Shown here: one piece after another, positions 23,900-33,345 of the stretch
Layout: every line of letters begins with the position of its first letter
Position numbering within the stretch: the stretch's first letter is position 1
Assembly: GCA_964440205.1 (NCBI GenBank)
Contig: CAYTRK010000001.1
Coordinates: forward strand, 1-41,228
From: an uncultured Victivallaceae bacterium
GTDB taxonomy: Bacteria > Verrucomicrobiota > Kiritimatiellia > UBA8416 > CAYSRM01
Direction: 5' to 3'
Length of the DNA stretch: 41,228 bases
Made by a program: the position numbers and the translations under genes
Notes under the pieces: generated by a model
Databases searched by the model: none
What the model saw: only the letters and a program-made list of their open reading frames with translations
What the model was told of the DNA's origin: nothing

Positions 23900-25483
23900 T
23901 CAGGGTTTGATCATCTTGAGTGTAAGGATGGTAATGTCGTCAGACTGGGGAGACAGGCCCGCGTGGTGTGTTACTGAATTCATAATTTCCTCGGTTATTT
24001 TGCGTGGGTCTGTATGTCCCGTTTTTTCCAGCGTGGATTGGAGTCTTTTCTCGTAATACATCTCTCTGTTGACATTCATGGCTTCTGTTACGCCGTCTGT
24101 GCAAACGACTATGGTCTCGCCCTGTTGCAATTCAGAGGTAAGGGTCGTATATTTGGCTCCCGGCATTACCCCGAGTACTATGCCTTTCGGAAGTTCGAGT
24201 CGACGCGATGAGTTTTTTGTCTCCATAATCAGGGGCGGGTTGTGACCGGCGTTTGAATACCGGAGTTCGCCTGTCTTGATATTAAGGATTGCGCAGAACA
24301 TTGTAACGAAGAGCAGGCGCTCGTTTTCCTGCGAAAGATCTTCGTTTACGCGATCGAGTATTTCAGCCGGGTTATTGCCTATTTCGTGCGCGGCGCGTTT
24401 CATGAGAGTTATGGTTACAGCCATCATCAGAGCGGCCGGGACACCTTTGTCCGAAACGTCGCCTACGTAGAAGAAGAGGTGATCATCGTCTATCATGTAA
24501 AAATCATAGAGATCCCCTCCGACTTCCTTTGCCGGAACGAGTGTGGCGTACAGATCAAATTCCTTTTTGTCCGGGAAGACTGGAAACAGTTTCTTAAGGA
24601 AACTCATCTGTATGTCATGTGCGATTTTGAGTTCACTCTCAATGCGCTCTTTCGCGGCTGTTGTTTCCTTGAGATTCTTGATGTATTCGAGCAGCCGCGC
24701 AGCCATTGTAGAGAATGCGGAAGCAAGCTGACCGACCTCGTCCTTGTAGACAAGTCCCATCTGGTGCAGTTCGGCGCGCTGTTCCTCCGTGAATTTGAAT
24801 CCGCCTTCGGACAGAACATGGATATACGAAGTCAGCCTGCCGACAGGCTTCAGAATATGGGAAATTACGATATAACTGCATATCCATACCAGCACGGAGA
24901 TGAGCAATCCCAGCCCGACATTGATCATGATGCTGCGATTAAGTTCGTGTGCAATGAAATCGAGGGACACATCGGCGCCGATGATATAGCGGTTTCCGTT
25001 TGCGGTTGTGCGCGGAATAAAAATAGAGCGGAAGAAACCCCATTCGTCTGAATATTCAGCGTATTGGACCGTGCGTGTTTTCCACGCTTTTGTCATTGCC
25101 GCGGGTGGTTGTTCATACTTGGTGAAATAGGGGGTTTCGTTTTCGTTGCGGATCTCGTCTTCTGTTGCGCTTGTCGTTGCGACATAGAACTGTCCCTGGT
25201 ATTTGACATAGGTGTAAAGGTATTTTATGTCAATTTTGTTGGCATACTGGCTCAATTCGCGAAGTATATGTTTGTGTTCTTCGGAAGAGATCGCGTCGGG
25301 AGTCCGGGCTCTATCGTGGAAGCCTTCCGGGATCAGTTTAGGAAGCACAGTTGCTACAGACTCTAATTTGCTGTCGACGCCTTCCAGGAATGCGTTACGC
25401 TGGAGTATGCAGGCGGTAATTGTAAAGGCGATGGTAGCGACAATGTTGATCGCAAAAGCAATCAACAGCATTTTACTCCTCAT
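23900..25483 (-). CDS. Membrane sensor PP2C phosphatase (TM - periplasmic Cache-like domain - TM - HAMP - SpoIIE), RsbU-like
   Basis: All PP2C/SpoIIE motifs are intact: KEVGGDLYDFYMI, YVGDVSDKGVPAALMMAV, YSNAGHNPPLI, VVCTDGVTEA, SDDITILTL. The HAMP-like region is ILKPVGRLTSYIHVLSEG. Start options are ATG 25483, ATG 25471 (GAGGAG upstream) or TTG 25501 (4-nt overlap with the upstream stop). Confidence 0.9.
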   Translation of the reverse strand: MRSKMLLIAFAINIVATIAFTITACILQRNAFLEGVDSKLESVATVLPKLIPEGFHDRARTPDAISSEEHKHILRELSQYANKIDIKYLYTYVKYQGQFYVATTSATEDEIRNENETPYFTKYEQPPAAMTKAWKTRTVQYAEYSDEWGFFRSIFIPRTTANGNRYIIGADVSLDFIAHELNRSIMINVGLGLLISVLVWICSYIVISHILKPVGRLTSYIHVLSEGGFKFTEEQRAELHQMGLVYKDEVGQLASAFSTMAARLLEYIKNLKETTAAKERIESELKIAHDIQMSFLKKLFPVFPDKKEFDLYATLVPAKEVGGDLYDFYMIDDDHLFFYVGDVSDKGVPAALMMAVTITLMKRAAHEIGNNPAEILDRVNEDLSQENERLLFVTMFCAILNIKTGELRYSNAGHNPPLIMETKNSSRRLELPKGIVLGVMPGAKYTTLTSELQQGETIVVCTDGVTEAMNVNREMYYEKRLQSTLEKTGHTDPRKITEEIMNSVTHHAGLSPQSDDITILTLKMIKP

Positions 25484-25497
25484 TGTAAGTCTTTTTC

Positions 25498-26874
25498 TCA
25501 AATCTTATCCTGTCTTTTAAAGTCAATTCTCTTAACCAATAACATCGGAATCTCTTTATGAACAGCATATTGTTGTGCAATCGCTTGAATATTGCGGGCC
25601 AATTCGTCGATATTGTCCTGTGAGTATGTTCTTATGCAGGAATCGAGCTTTTTTCCGGCTTCATTGTCTTCCATGTGGAGAATCACAGTTTTTTCTGCCG
25701 GCTCTGCATCTTCGACATGTATCGACCCGTTCGGGCCGTTGTATTTTACGATTTTGATACTGCCGGTTTCTGCAGAGCATTCGATGCCTGCGATCTTGTC
25801 TATCCTGAAAATTTCCAGGGCTTGTTCAACGGCTTTTTCGATACCATTTATGCTGAGTTTCTGTTTCAGCAGTGCTTCTGCGGCCGATGCCATGATGGCG
25901 GTATCCAGCGGTTTTGTGCCGTGGGAAACAGCTCCAACTATCGCGTATAAGGTGGGGTCATTGTTCGTAATTACGCATATATTTGAAATTTCGTTATCTG
26001 CATGTGCGGTTATACGGATATGGAATGAATCGGTGTCAAGGGCGCGGGTTCTTTTCCTGTTTTGTCTGTAGGCGATTGCCAGATCCTGTTCTGTTCGGAA
26101 CATTTCTACATCCATGAGTTCGCGGCGGGCCCTGACCTCGGTGTCCTTGAATATGCTGGCCGCCGTAAGGAACGTGTTCCAGAGATCATGTATCTCCCGG
26201 ATGCTGCCGGGTGGAGGCATGCTGGTTTTTGTGTCGGAATTGGAGATCGTTTCTACCGACTCGGCGAATGTTCGGATGTTACTTTTGAGCATCTGGCTTA
26301 CGATGAATACGCAAAGCAGGCCCATGCCGAGGGCAACTGCTATACCGCGCGAGATGGTTTTGATTGCCCTGGTTCTGGAAACGGCCAGTGACGATGCGTC
26401 TGTCTTGATCAGAACGTATCCTGCAATATTGTTGTCCGAATCAAGCAGAGGGGAGCAGGAGAATACGACATCGGTGTCTGCGCTATCGCGGGTGATCCTG
26501 GTGATGTTTCCGTCTTGGGCGCGGCATTCTTCAAGCAGAGACTTATCGGGAAGCGGTTTGCCTCTATCTCGGCCTATGTCGAGTATAATCTCCTGCTGAT
26601 CTTTTGTCAGAGCAATTATGCGCAGGGCAGTGCCGTGGCCTGTGACCTTCTTAACCGCGCGGAGCAGGTCGGGTGGGGGCTGCTCGTCGGCTTCAAGGGT
26701 CTGGATGTCTTCGGAAATAAATTCCGTAACCACGACGCAAATGCCCCCTGCTTCCTCCATCAAGCCCCATTTTGTCTCCTTAATTTCCATGATATAGACG
26801 ACAACGGCAGTTGCTGCGGCCAGTACAAGAAATACAGGGAGGATACTGCGGAAACATAGTGTGCGGATATTCAT
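25498..26874 (-). CDS. Membrane sensor protein with degenerate SpoIIE/PP2C-like C-terminal domain
   Basis: 458 aa, with an ATGA overlap with the upstream gene. Two TM helices flank a ~140-aa periplasmic region. The C-terminal region YAIVGAVSHGTKPLDTAIMASAA resembles the GDVSGHG..AA..M motif with Asp replaced, and IKIVKYNGPNGSIHV and IPMLLVKRI occupy the positions of the NAGH and DDITLL motifs. Confidence 0.75.
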   Translation of the reverse strand: MNIRTLCFRSILPVFLVLAAATAVVVYIMEIKETKWGLMEEAGGICVVVTEFISEDIQTLEADEQPPPDLLRAVKKVTGHGTALRIIALTKDQQEIILDIGRDRGKPLPDKSLLEECRAQDGNITRITRDSADTDVVFSCSPLLDSDNNIAGYVLIKTDASSLAVSRTRAIKTISRGIAVALGMGLLCVFIVSQMLKSNIRTFAESVETISNSDTKTSMPPPGSIREIHDLWNTFLTAASIFKDTEVRARRELMDVEMFRTEQDLAIAYRQNRKRTRALDTDSFHIRITAHADNEISNICVITNNDPTLYAIVGAVSHGTKPLDTAIMASAAEALLKQKLSINGIEKAVEQALEIFRIDKIAGIECSAETGSIKIVKYNGPNGSIHVEDAEPAEKTVILHMEDNEAGKKLDSCIRTYSQDNIDELARNIQAIAQQYAVHKEIPMLLVKRIDFKRQDKI

Positions 26875-27281
26875 GCGGAGACGGTTTCCTCTTGTTTGTT
26901 AAGTGTCTCAAGCTGGGGCTCTGCAAGCATATTAAGTATTATGGACGGATGCTGATAGATGATGGTGAAAAATATGCCTCTTTCAAGTATGAGGCAGATT
27001 GCTCCGACCGGCGAAGCAATAATGTCTTCACCAACCTGCATGTCGAGCAGAAGCGATGCCGGACCGAATACCGATGGTGTTCGCCTGTCGGTCCTTGTCT
27101 GAAAAGACCCTTCGATTACGATGTACATGCGGCTTAATTTCTTGCCGGCACTGCAGAACAGTTCGTCCGGTTCGTAGGCTCGTTCTAGGAGTGAATCCGC
27201 TATTCTGGCAATGTCCAGGTCCGAGAGCTCGGAAAAGACGTCAGAACGCTTCAAGGCGAATATCTTTTCTATTATGTTCAC
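26871..27281 (-). CDS. Stand-alone cyclic-nucleotide-binding-like (CNB/CAP-fold) domain protein
   Basis: 136 aa with GTG start and 4-nt overlaps at both ends. CNB-like pattern SDVFSELSDLDIARIADSLLERAYEPDELFCSAGKKLSRMYIVIEGSF...FGPASLL...AICLILERGIF. The phosphate-binding-cassette Glu/Arg are not evident. Confidence 0.65.
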   Translation of the reverse strand: MNIIEKIFALKRSDVFSELSDLDIARIADSLLERAYEPDELFCSAGKKLSRMYIVIEGSFQTRTDRRTPSVFGPASLLLDMQVGEDIIASPVGAICLILERGIFFTIIYQHPSIILNMLAEPQLETLNKQEETVSA

Positions 27282-29419
27282 GGCGCCGCCTTTCTGTTTC
27301 TAAATACACCTATGAATATTTGTCTTCCATCTCTGTTGGTCAGTTCCTTCAGAATAACGCTTATCAGCTCGAATGCCTTTGGCGGATCTGCTTGGTTTTG
27401 CTTCATCAAGAGCATGTTTTTGACCTCATCGCTGATGGTTTCGAGATTGTCCGAAATGATGATCCACTCGATGTCTGTGTTGAGGGGGGTGTGGCCATTG
27501 TTGAGTTGGGTCTCTTCGATTTTGCCGGCTTTAATGGTGAGTGCCGGAACAGGGGTGTCGGTTCGGCAGAATATACCTTTCTCTGAATACGTTACAGTTG
27601 TCTTCAGCGCGGGGTCCGCGGGGTGATCCAGGCCGCCGGATATCATCGCGCATGTTTCACATCTTTTGCCGATCGCATCGATCGCGTTTTCGTGATGATC
27701 TTTCGCGAGCCATGCTACGGTGCGGTCTCCGTTGCTTGCGTATCCTGATGATGTCCGGTGGTCGGAGCTGTCCGTCCATCCGAAAGCCCAATTTTCGCAT
27801 GACTCTTGTGAGCATTGCTGTGTTGATCTGTCGAGCGCTGACAACAGATCATTGTTCATCCTGCGGGCGCCTATGTCGCTGTTGGTGGTTCTGAGGTTAT
27901 GGACGGTCTCCTCCAGTTTCCGGCCGAGTCCATTGAAAGCCGACGAGAGACGTTGCAATTCCGACGGCGTTGTTATTTCGACCTTGTGGCTGTAAACTCC
28001 GGCGGCGATCATGAGCGCGGAGTTTCGCAAGGCTGTAATGGGTTTTATCAGTTTGGCGGAGAACTGTATCGATATGTAACCGGCGCCCAGAGCGGCGCCC
28101 AGAGCGAGCATGCCGAGCGTAAAAAGAGCGAGACGGGTCTTGTTGTTTACAACCGTAATGTTTATGTCTGCGCCAGTCATGGCGGTGATGCTGTCGTCGA
28201 TGTTATAGATAGGCGCGTAAGACACCTTCAGGAGGCCCCATTGGTCGGTGGCTGTTATGTCTCCTATATGTATAACGCCGTAAAGAAGAACACGTTGGGC
28301 GCCGTCGTAGTCCTCGCTGGCGAGTGTGTCTTCGTCACCGATCATGCTTTCCTGGGTGGCGTCGAGAACATAAACGCAGTTTGGTTTTTCCTGAAGAACC
28401 TGGGTATAGAGGTAGGTTAGTCCGGTTCTGTCGAGTATCCTCTTCATCGTCCTGACGTATTTTCTGTACACAGGCGACTGCATATCGTGTGACTTGTATA
28501 TGGCGGCATGCTCTTCGCCCTTAATGAAGCATCCCGTAGAACCGCTCAGGCCAGCAAGTTTCCTGTTAAAGCCGTCAATGATGATATTGTGCAATTGGTT
28601 GTAGAAAATAAAGCCCCAGAACAAAGTCACGACAAGCAGGGCAGGAACGACCAGCAAGAGAACAAAAGTCTGCAGTTTTACGGCGGTACTGTGTGCTGCC
28701 ATGATGTCGTCGCCGTGCGCAGCAGAGAGCAGTTGTATCTGTCGGGCCACAGCGTGGCCTATGAGCCACGACATAATGATTCCGACAAGAGCAATGGCCG
28801 CAGAGACCTGGCTGAGTCGAATTTTCCATGTCCTGATCTCTGCGCGTACATCTTCAATGTACATCCCGGTTCCGATAATCCAGCCCCATGGTCTGAAAAG
28901 TCTTACATAACTTATTTTCGGCACGATACGCGTGGCATCGTCCTGCCATTGCCAGGAGTATTGCACGAAGCCGGCACCGTCTTGGCGGCATACGTTCACG
29001 GCTTCAACGAAAAGGGCTGTACCGTTGGGGTCCCTGAATTTTACAAGATCACTGCCGTCCATTTCCGGCTTATAGGGATGCATAATCATTCTGGGCTGCA
29101 TATCGTTAATCCAGAAGTAATCTTTCATCTCCGGGCCGTAGCGTATGTGTTTGATGAGATTCGCAGCCTGCCGCCTGGCTTCCTGTAGAGGCATGATGCC
29201 TTGTTCTGCCAGAGAATTATGGTGGTTCAATATGCTCCATGCCGTTTCAGTTGCTTCGCGCAGTTTCTCGCGTTTTTTGTTGATAAGAGCTTTTTCGGCA
29301 GTAGGAATGATGACCAGAAAATTAGTAAGTACGAAAAGGGATGTTATGATCAGGCCGCCGATAATGACCTTGGTTGATACCCTGAGGCGTTTCAATATGG
29401 TTTTACCTGCCTGGCTCAT
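27278..29419 (-). CDS. Four-TM double-sensor protein: sCache_2-like domain + second Cache-like domain + HAMP + degenerate PP2C-like C-terminus
   Basis: 713 aa with an ATGA overlap with the upstream gene. sCache_2 signature IRYGPEMKDYFWINDMQPRMIMHPYKPEMDGSDL...GAGFVQYSWQW...WGWIIGTGMYIEDV. The second extracytoplasmic domain (GLTYLYTQV...WGLLKVSYAPI...GADINI) resembles the sensor of the 23900 phosphatase. HAMP-like LIKPITALRNSALMIAAG. The C-terminus has no intact PP2C Asp motifs. Confidence 0.85.
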   Translation of the reverse strand: MSQAGKTILKRLRVSTKVIIGGLIITSLFVLTNFLVIIPTAEKALINKKREKLREATETAWSILNHHNSLAEQGIMPLQEARRQAANLIKHIRYGPEMKDYFWINDMQPRMIMHPYKPEMDGSDLVKFRDPNGTALFVEAVNVCRQDGAGFVQYSWQWQDDATRIVPKISYVRLFRPWGWIIGTGMYIEDVRAEIRTWKIRLSQVSAAIALVGIIMSWLIGHAVARQIQLLSAAHGDDIMAAHSTAVKLQTFVLLLVVPALLVVTLFWGFIFYNQLHNIIIDGFNRKLAGLSGSTGCFIKGEEHAAIYKSHDMQSPVYRKYVRTMKRILDRTGLTYLYTQVLQEKPNCVYVLDATQESMIGDEDTLASEDYDGAQRVLLYGVIHIGDITATDQWGLLKVSYAPIYNIDDSITAMTGADINITVVNNKTRLALFTLGMLALGAALGAGYISIQFSAKLIKPITALRNSALMIAAGVYSHKVEITTPSELQRLSSAFNGLGRKLEETVHNLRTTNSDIGARRMNNDLLSALDRSTQQCSQESCENWAFGWTDSSDHRTSSGYASNGDRTVAWLAKDHHENAIDAIGKRCETCAMISGGLDHPADPALKTTVTYSEKGIFCRTDTPVPALTIKAGKIEETQLNNGHTPLNTDIEWIIISDNLETISDEVKNMLLMKQNQADPPKAFELISVILKELTNRDGRQIFIGVFRNRKAAP

Positions 29420-32400
29420 GCGGGATCCTGCTTATTTCGTGTATTATGCGTGTATGAGAACATTTGTACGACGATTTCCGGGTAAATTCTTGCAGTTTGC
29501 AGAATGCTGTTGCGGGGTATTGCGAGCAGTACAGCGTCTTTTCCGACAGCCTGACTTGTATAGCAATCAAGGCCCCGAAGCAGCTCATCGCCGGCGAGTT
29601 CGTGACAGGATCTTGATATGCCCGTGCCGTTTTTACCGATGCATTCTACGTTGCCTTCCAGAATGACGTAAAGTGTTTCTGCAGGATCCCCCTTGTTGTA
29701 GAGGGCGCCGTTGGGGGCAGAGATTACTTCGGAAGTATTGATTAAAGTTTCAAGCTGGGTAACGCGTATATCGCGGAAGAACTTTGCCTTTGTCAGGCAG
29801 TAAGCTTTTTCCATGGGGTTGAGCTGCAGGCTGTCTTTGTCTTGCGGTGAAGTCTCGTTCAGCAGAGCGAATATTGCTTCGGAGATCATCATGTCGGCAT
29901 TACCGATATTATGCTTCATTATTTCTCTCAACGCGGCACGGCAGATGGGGTCATCAGGTTGGTAGTTCAGTCGCCATGCGGCTTGCAATGCAGAGGCTTG
30001 TTCAACAGGAATTCTGCTTGAGCAGCTTTTCAGCAGGACGTCGGATACGGAAAGGGGTTTATAATCGAAGTTATCCCTGTAGAAGGTAATTGTATCGCTC
30101 ACGGGCCGTGCATCAAGCAAGGGCAGAAGCATTCCAAACGTTTTTCTACTGCATCCCTGTTCAATTGTCTCTATGGCATTTGCCCGCTCCTTCGCATTGC
30201 GTGATCGCAGGAATACTGCGAGCATCTCAAAGTCGGGAAGCCGGCCTGCAATGGTTAGTGTTTTCAGCACGAAATCGATTATAGCTGACTGAGTATCCCT
30301 GTATACGCGCGCGAGAAATTCCAGCGCGGGTATTGATGTTGAATGCCCGGAGATTATCCAATGTGCGTTAATGTATTGATATGCCTTTTCTATCGCATCG
30401 AAAATAAGCTCGTCAGCCACTGCTTCGAACTGCGGGAATGAAAGAATGCCGAGTGTCTGGGTCGCAACTGATTTGTTGGCGAAAGTGACGTCCGGGTCTC
30501 TGAGTATTGAGATAAGTGAGGGGACGCTGCTCAGTCCCGTTTTTAGAACGATCTCCTCCACACGTTTTTTCTCGGGAGGGGTAAACCCGGATGTCATGTT
30601 GATAAGAGGCCTGATGCAGGATGGGTTTGCTATGGCTTCCAGGGCATCAAAACCGCGGTCTCGCAGTCTGCCGTCATCGCGGCTGACAAAATCAATGATT
30701 GGCGGCACAAGGCGTTCGGATGACGGGCCGACCAGCATGGATATTGATTTTATGGCCTGCTCCCGTACGGACTGTGAATCGTATGTCAGAAATTCGGCAA
30801 GGAAGTGTGCGTATTTGGTATTGCCGGAGGATTCTACAATTTGCATGGCCGCGATTTTCTCGCTGTCGGCCCCCGTCATAAAATCACTTGCCACCTGCAT
30901 GGATGTGAGGCCCTCTGTCGGTTTCCAGCTTCGCCACCTGGCGATAGCGGCAGCAGTCTGATGTGCGATCGCGGGGTCTTCTGAGAGTGTTTGTATTTCC
31001 TGTTGGCTTAACATGTTGTATCGTGCGCATATTTCGAGCAGGCGGGAAGATACCTGCATGCGTTTATCGTTCAGCCATTGCAGCACCTTTCTGCGTCGTA
31101 TGCTGTTATCATTCTGAAGAACGATTTCAAATAAGTCTACTGCCGATTCGGGTGGATCCATGCTGTGAGCGGACATAAAATCAAGAAACATGTCGAGCGC
31201 TTTATTTTTGTCGTTGAGCCAATAGATGGCTATGGCCGACACGGCATGAGCCGGGTTCGGCGAGCGTGTTTCTTTTTCTAACGAATCCAATTCTTTGTTG
31301 TCCAGCATGGCCAGGCGGTTTCGCTCAGAGCGGGAGAAATTAAGCCATGTTTTCTTAAGGCTGTAGAGCATGGATGTGAGGTAATGGGCTCTCAGTCCGA
31401 ATATGGAACACAGTGCGATAGCCGTACCCGCAAGTCCTATCAGCGACAACGTTTGTGCGCTGAGTCTGGGGGCTAACATAACCAGAAAGAGTCCTGCTGA
31501 TGCTGTCGCCAGCGGTTCGCATAATCCCTCGATGAATGTACGGACCTGCGCCTTATCTCTGGCTGGTATGGCATTGAATAGAAAGTTCTGGTTATTGTAC
31601 TCCACGGATGTCAGTACGCCCTGATAGGCGAAAAAGCCGGCAACCGCCGCGCCGAAACCGTAGTCCAGCAGAAAGTAGCTGAAGGTAACGGCATAGACCA
31701 CAGGCTGTATCAGCGTAACATTTCTTACTCCCATAAATGCCACAAGCCGGTTGAAGACAAAAAGGTTGATGAGAATATTAAGTCCGTTCACGCCGGTATA
31801 GAGCTTGCCGAAAAGTGAGGCTACTTCAGCTTCGGTCCGGTTCTGTTCGAAGATCTGCATATACTGGAACTCGCAGAGAGTGGTAATCATCAGTGTTGTC
31901 AGGAATGCCAGGATCATGAAGTTAGTATAACGTGATTCGCGGAGAATGGCGTACAGGCGAGAGATCTGCTCGCGAAAAGACGGTAGTTCTTTTGTTGTAA
32001 GGGCCTCTTCTTCGCTTATCTTATGCCAGTGTTTCCTGAGGCGGAAGACCACTGGAAATGCCGCAAGCACCAGGGCTGACCACACCAGAAACAGGTGCTG
32101 AACATTTACAAACTGAATGAGTGTTACAACAATGCTGCCGCCTATCATTGTGCCGAACGCCATTCCTGCGCTCATGAAGCTGAACAGCCTTTTTGCGTCT
32201 AGTATGTGGAAATAGCAGTCTATAAAGTTCCATAGCAGTGTATAGAGAGCTATGTACCACAGTGTTGTGTAAAGCTTGGCCACATAGTACAACAGTGCGG
32301 GGGGCGCATCGCAGCCCGGTATAAGCCCCGGCGATAGAAGTATGTAGAGGGCTGCGCCTCCGGCTATAAGTGTGCACATGGTGATGTATAGCAGTCGGTC

Positions 32401-32637
32401 TATACCGAGCCTGTTGGTCAGGTACGCGAAAGCCGGTATGTAGATCAGCATGATGAACGGGGTGGCCATATAGATGAAGGGAAGTTTGTCTGCGCCGACA
32501 TGGATCAGGAACAGTGCGTCGGCACAGCTTATGCCTACCGCGAGCCCTGCCTGCAGTATTGCGGCAAGAAGGGCGAAGCTGAGAACTTTTTTCCCTTCGC
32601 CCGGATGTATTTTTAAAAGTTGCTGCAGCTTTTCCAA
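29416..32637 (-). CDS. 1073-aa fusion: TLC/ATP:ADP-antiporter-like polytopic transporter + HEAT repeats + C-terminal CNB-like domain
   Basis: The N-terminal ~440 aa have ~12 TM helices, with a start typical of TLC-like carriers (LLKIHPGEGKKVLSFALLAAILQAGLAVGISCADALFL). The middle has HEAT-like repeats (DSQSVREQAIKSISMLVG..., SRDDGRLRDRGFDALEAIANPSCIRPL, RSRNAKERANAIETIEQG). The C-terminus reads FFRDIRVTQLETLI...GDPAETLYVILEGNVECIG...LAGDELL...AVLLAIPRNSI. Confidence 0.85.
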   Translation of the reverse strand: MEKLQQLLKIHPGEGKKVLSFALLAAILQAGLAVGISCADALFLIHVGADKLPFIYMATPFIMLIYIPAFAYLTNRLGIDRLLYITMCTLIAGGAALYILLSPGLIPGCDAPPALLYYVAKLYTTLWYIALYTLLWNFIDCYFHILDAKRLFSFMSAGMAFGTMIGGSIVVTLIQFVNVQHLFLVWSALVLAAFPVVFRLRKHWHKISEEEALTTKELPSFREQISRLYAILRESRYTNFMILAFLTTLMITTLCEFQYMQIFEQNRTEAEVASLFGKLYTGVNGLNILINLFVFNRLVAFMGVRNVTLIQPVVYAVTFSYFLLDYGFGAAVAGFFAYQGVLTSVEYNNQNFLFNAIPARDKAQVRTFIEGLCEPLATASAGLFLVMLAPRLSAQTLSLIGLAGTAIALCSIFGLRAHYLTSMLYSLKKTWLNFSRSERNRLAMLDNKELDSLEKETRSPNPAHAVSAIAIYWLNDKNKALDMFLDFMSAHSMDPPESAVDLFEIVLQNDNSIRRRKVLQWLNDKRMQVSSRLLEICARYNMLSQQEIQTLSEDPAIAHQTAAAIARWRSWKPTEGLTSMQVASDFMTGADSEKIAAMQIVESSGNTKYAHFLAEFLTYDSQSVREQAIKSISMLVGPSSERLVPPIIDFVSRDDGRLRDRGFDALEAIANPSCIRPLINMTSGFTPPEKKRVEEIVLKTGLSSVPSLISILRDPDVTFANKSVATQTLGILSFPQFEAVADELIFDAIEKAYQYINAHWIISGHSTSIPALEFLARVYRDTQSAIIDFVLKTLTIAGRLPDFEMLAVFLRSRNAKERANAIETIEQGCSRKTFGMLLPLLDARPVSDTITFYRDNFDYKPLSVSDVLLKSCSSRIPVEQASALQAAWRLNYQPDDPICRAALREIMKHNIGNADMMISEAIFALLNETSPQDKDSLQLNPMEKAYCLTKAKFFRDIRVTQLETLINTSEVISAPNGALYNKGDPAETLYVILEGNVECIGKNGTGISRSCHELAGDELLRGLDCYTSQAVGKDAVLLAIPRNSILQTARIYPEIVVQMFSYTHNTRNKQDPA

Positions 32638-32639
32638 CG

Positions 32640-33329
32640 TCAGTCTCTTGATTTTGAAAGCGAGAACACGTGGCTGATATGTTCATGTTCCTCGTCTCTG
32701 AATCCCGGGTGCGGCGGTTCCCGCCACGTGTAAACTGTGTTTGCATCAATGTTGAATCCCTCGTCCCGGAGAATCTCTGATATCTCATTCTCTTCCCAGA
32801 ACCGGTAAAGGTATTGCTCTTTGTAAAGAAAGGTCATGTCGGAAAAGGGGGTCATGTTCTTGCCGGCAATTCCGTCATTCCCGCCGGGGATGTTGCATAT
32901 CATTCTTCCGCCGGCCGCGAGGATCCGGTATATTTCCTGCAATGCAGGACGGGGATTCTCGAAAGTTTCGAAGACATCACAGAGAAGGACGAGATCAAAC
33001 GAACCTGATCGATAAGGCATGCGGATCAAGCTGCATTGAGCGCAGAAGACCTTCTCCCTGACTTCGGGAGAAATTTTATTAAGCGCGTTAATGGAGGAGT
33101 CGCAGGCGTGCAGAGTCGCATTGGTGTTGAGCAGTAGTTTCAGGTGTCGCCCTTCGCCTGTGCCTGCGTCCAGCACGCGCGATTGTGCATTAGGGATGCC
33201 TTTGAGCCGATCCAGTTCGGGTTGCAGAAAGGGAACCGGTACATTGCCCCAGATTTTTTTAATGCTTGTGCTGTATAGCGCGTTCCATGCATTGATGGAG
33301 ACGTCGTTTATGTTTTTGCTGCTTTTCAT
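32640..33329 (-). CDS. Class I SAM-dependent methyltransferase
   Basis: 229 aa with motif I RVLDAGTGEGRHL. Post-I/II motifs LHACDSS and FDLVLLCDVFE, then LAAGGRMI. Confidence 0.88.
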   Translation of the reverse strand: MKSSKNINDVSINAWNALYSTSIKKIWGNVPVPFLQPELDRLKGIPNAQSRVLDAGTGEGRHLKLLLNTNATLHACDSSINALNKISPEVREKVFCAQCSLIRMPYRSGSFDLVLLCDVFETFENPRPALQEIYRILAAGGRMICNIPGGNDGIAGKNMTPFSDMTFLYKEQYLYRFWEENEISEILRDEGFNIDANTVYTWREPPHPGFRDEEHEHISHVFSLSKSRD

Positions 33330-33345
33330 AAAATCTGCTTCCTTT

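Noticed and set aside
32021-32788. 255-aa minus-strand ORF in an alternative frame of the 1073-aa gene, spanning the junction with the methyltransferase gene.
   Set aside because: Its extreme Arg/His/Thr-rich composition is typical of an off-frame translation, and it overlaps two well-supported genes.
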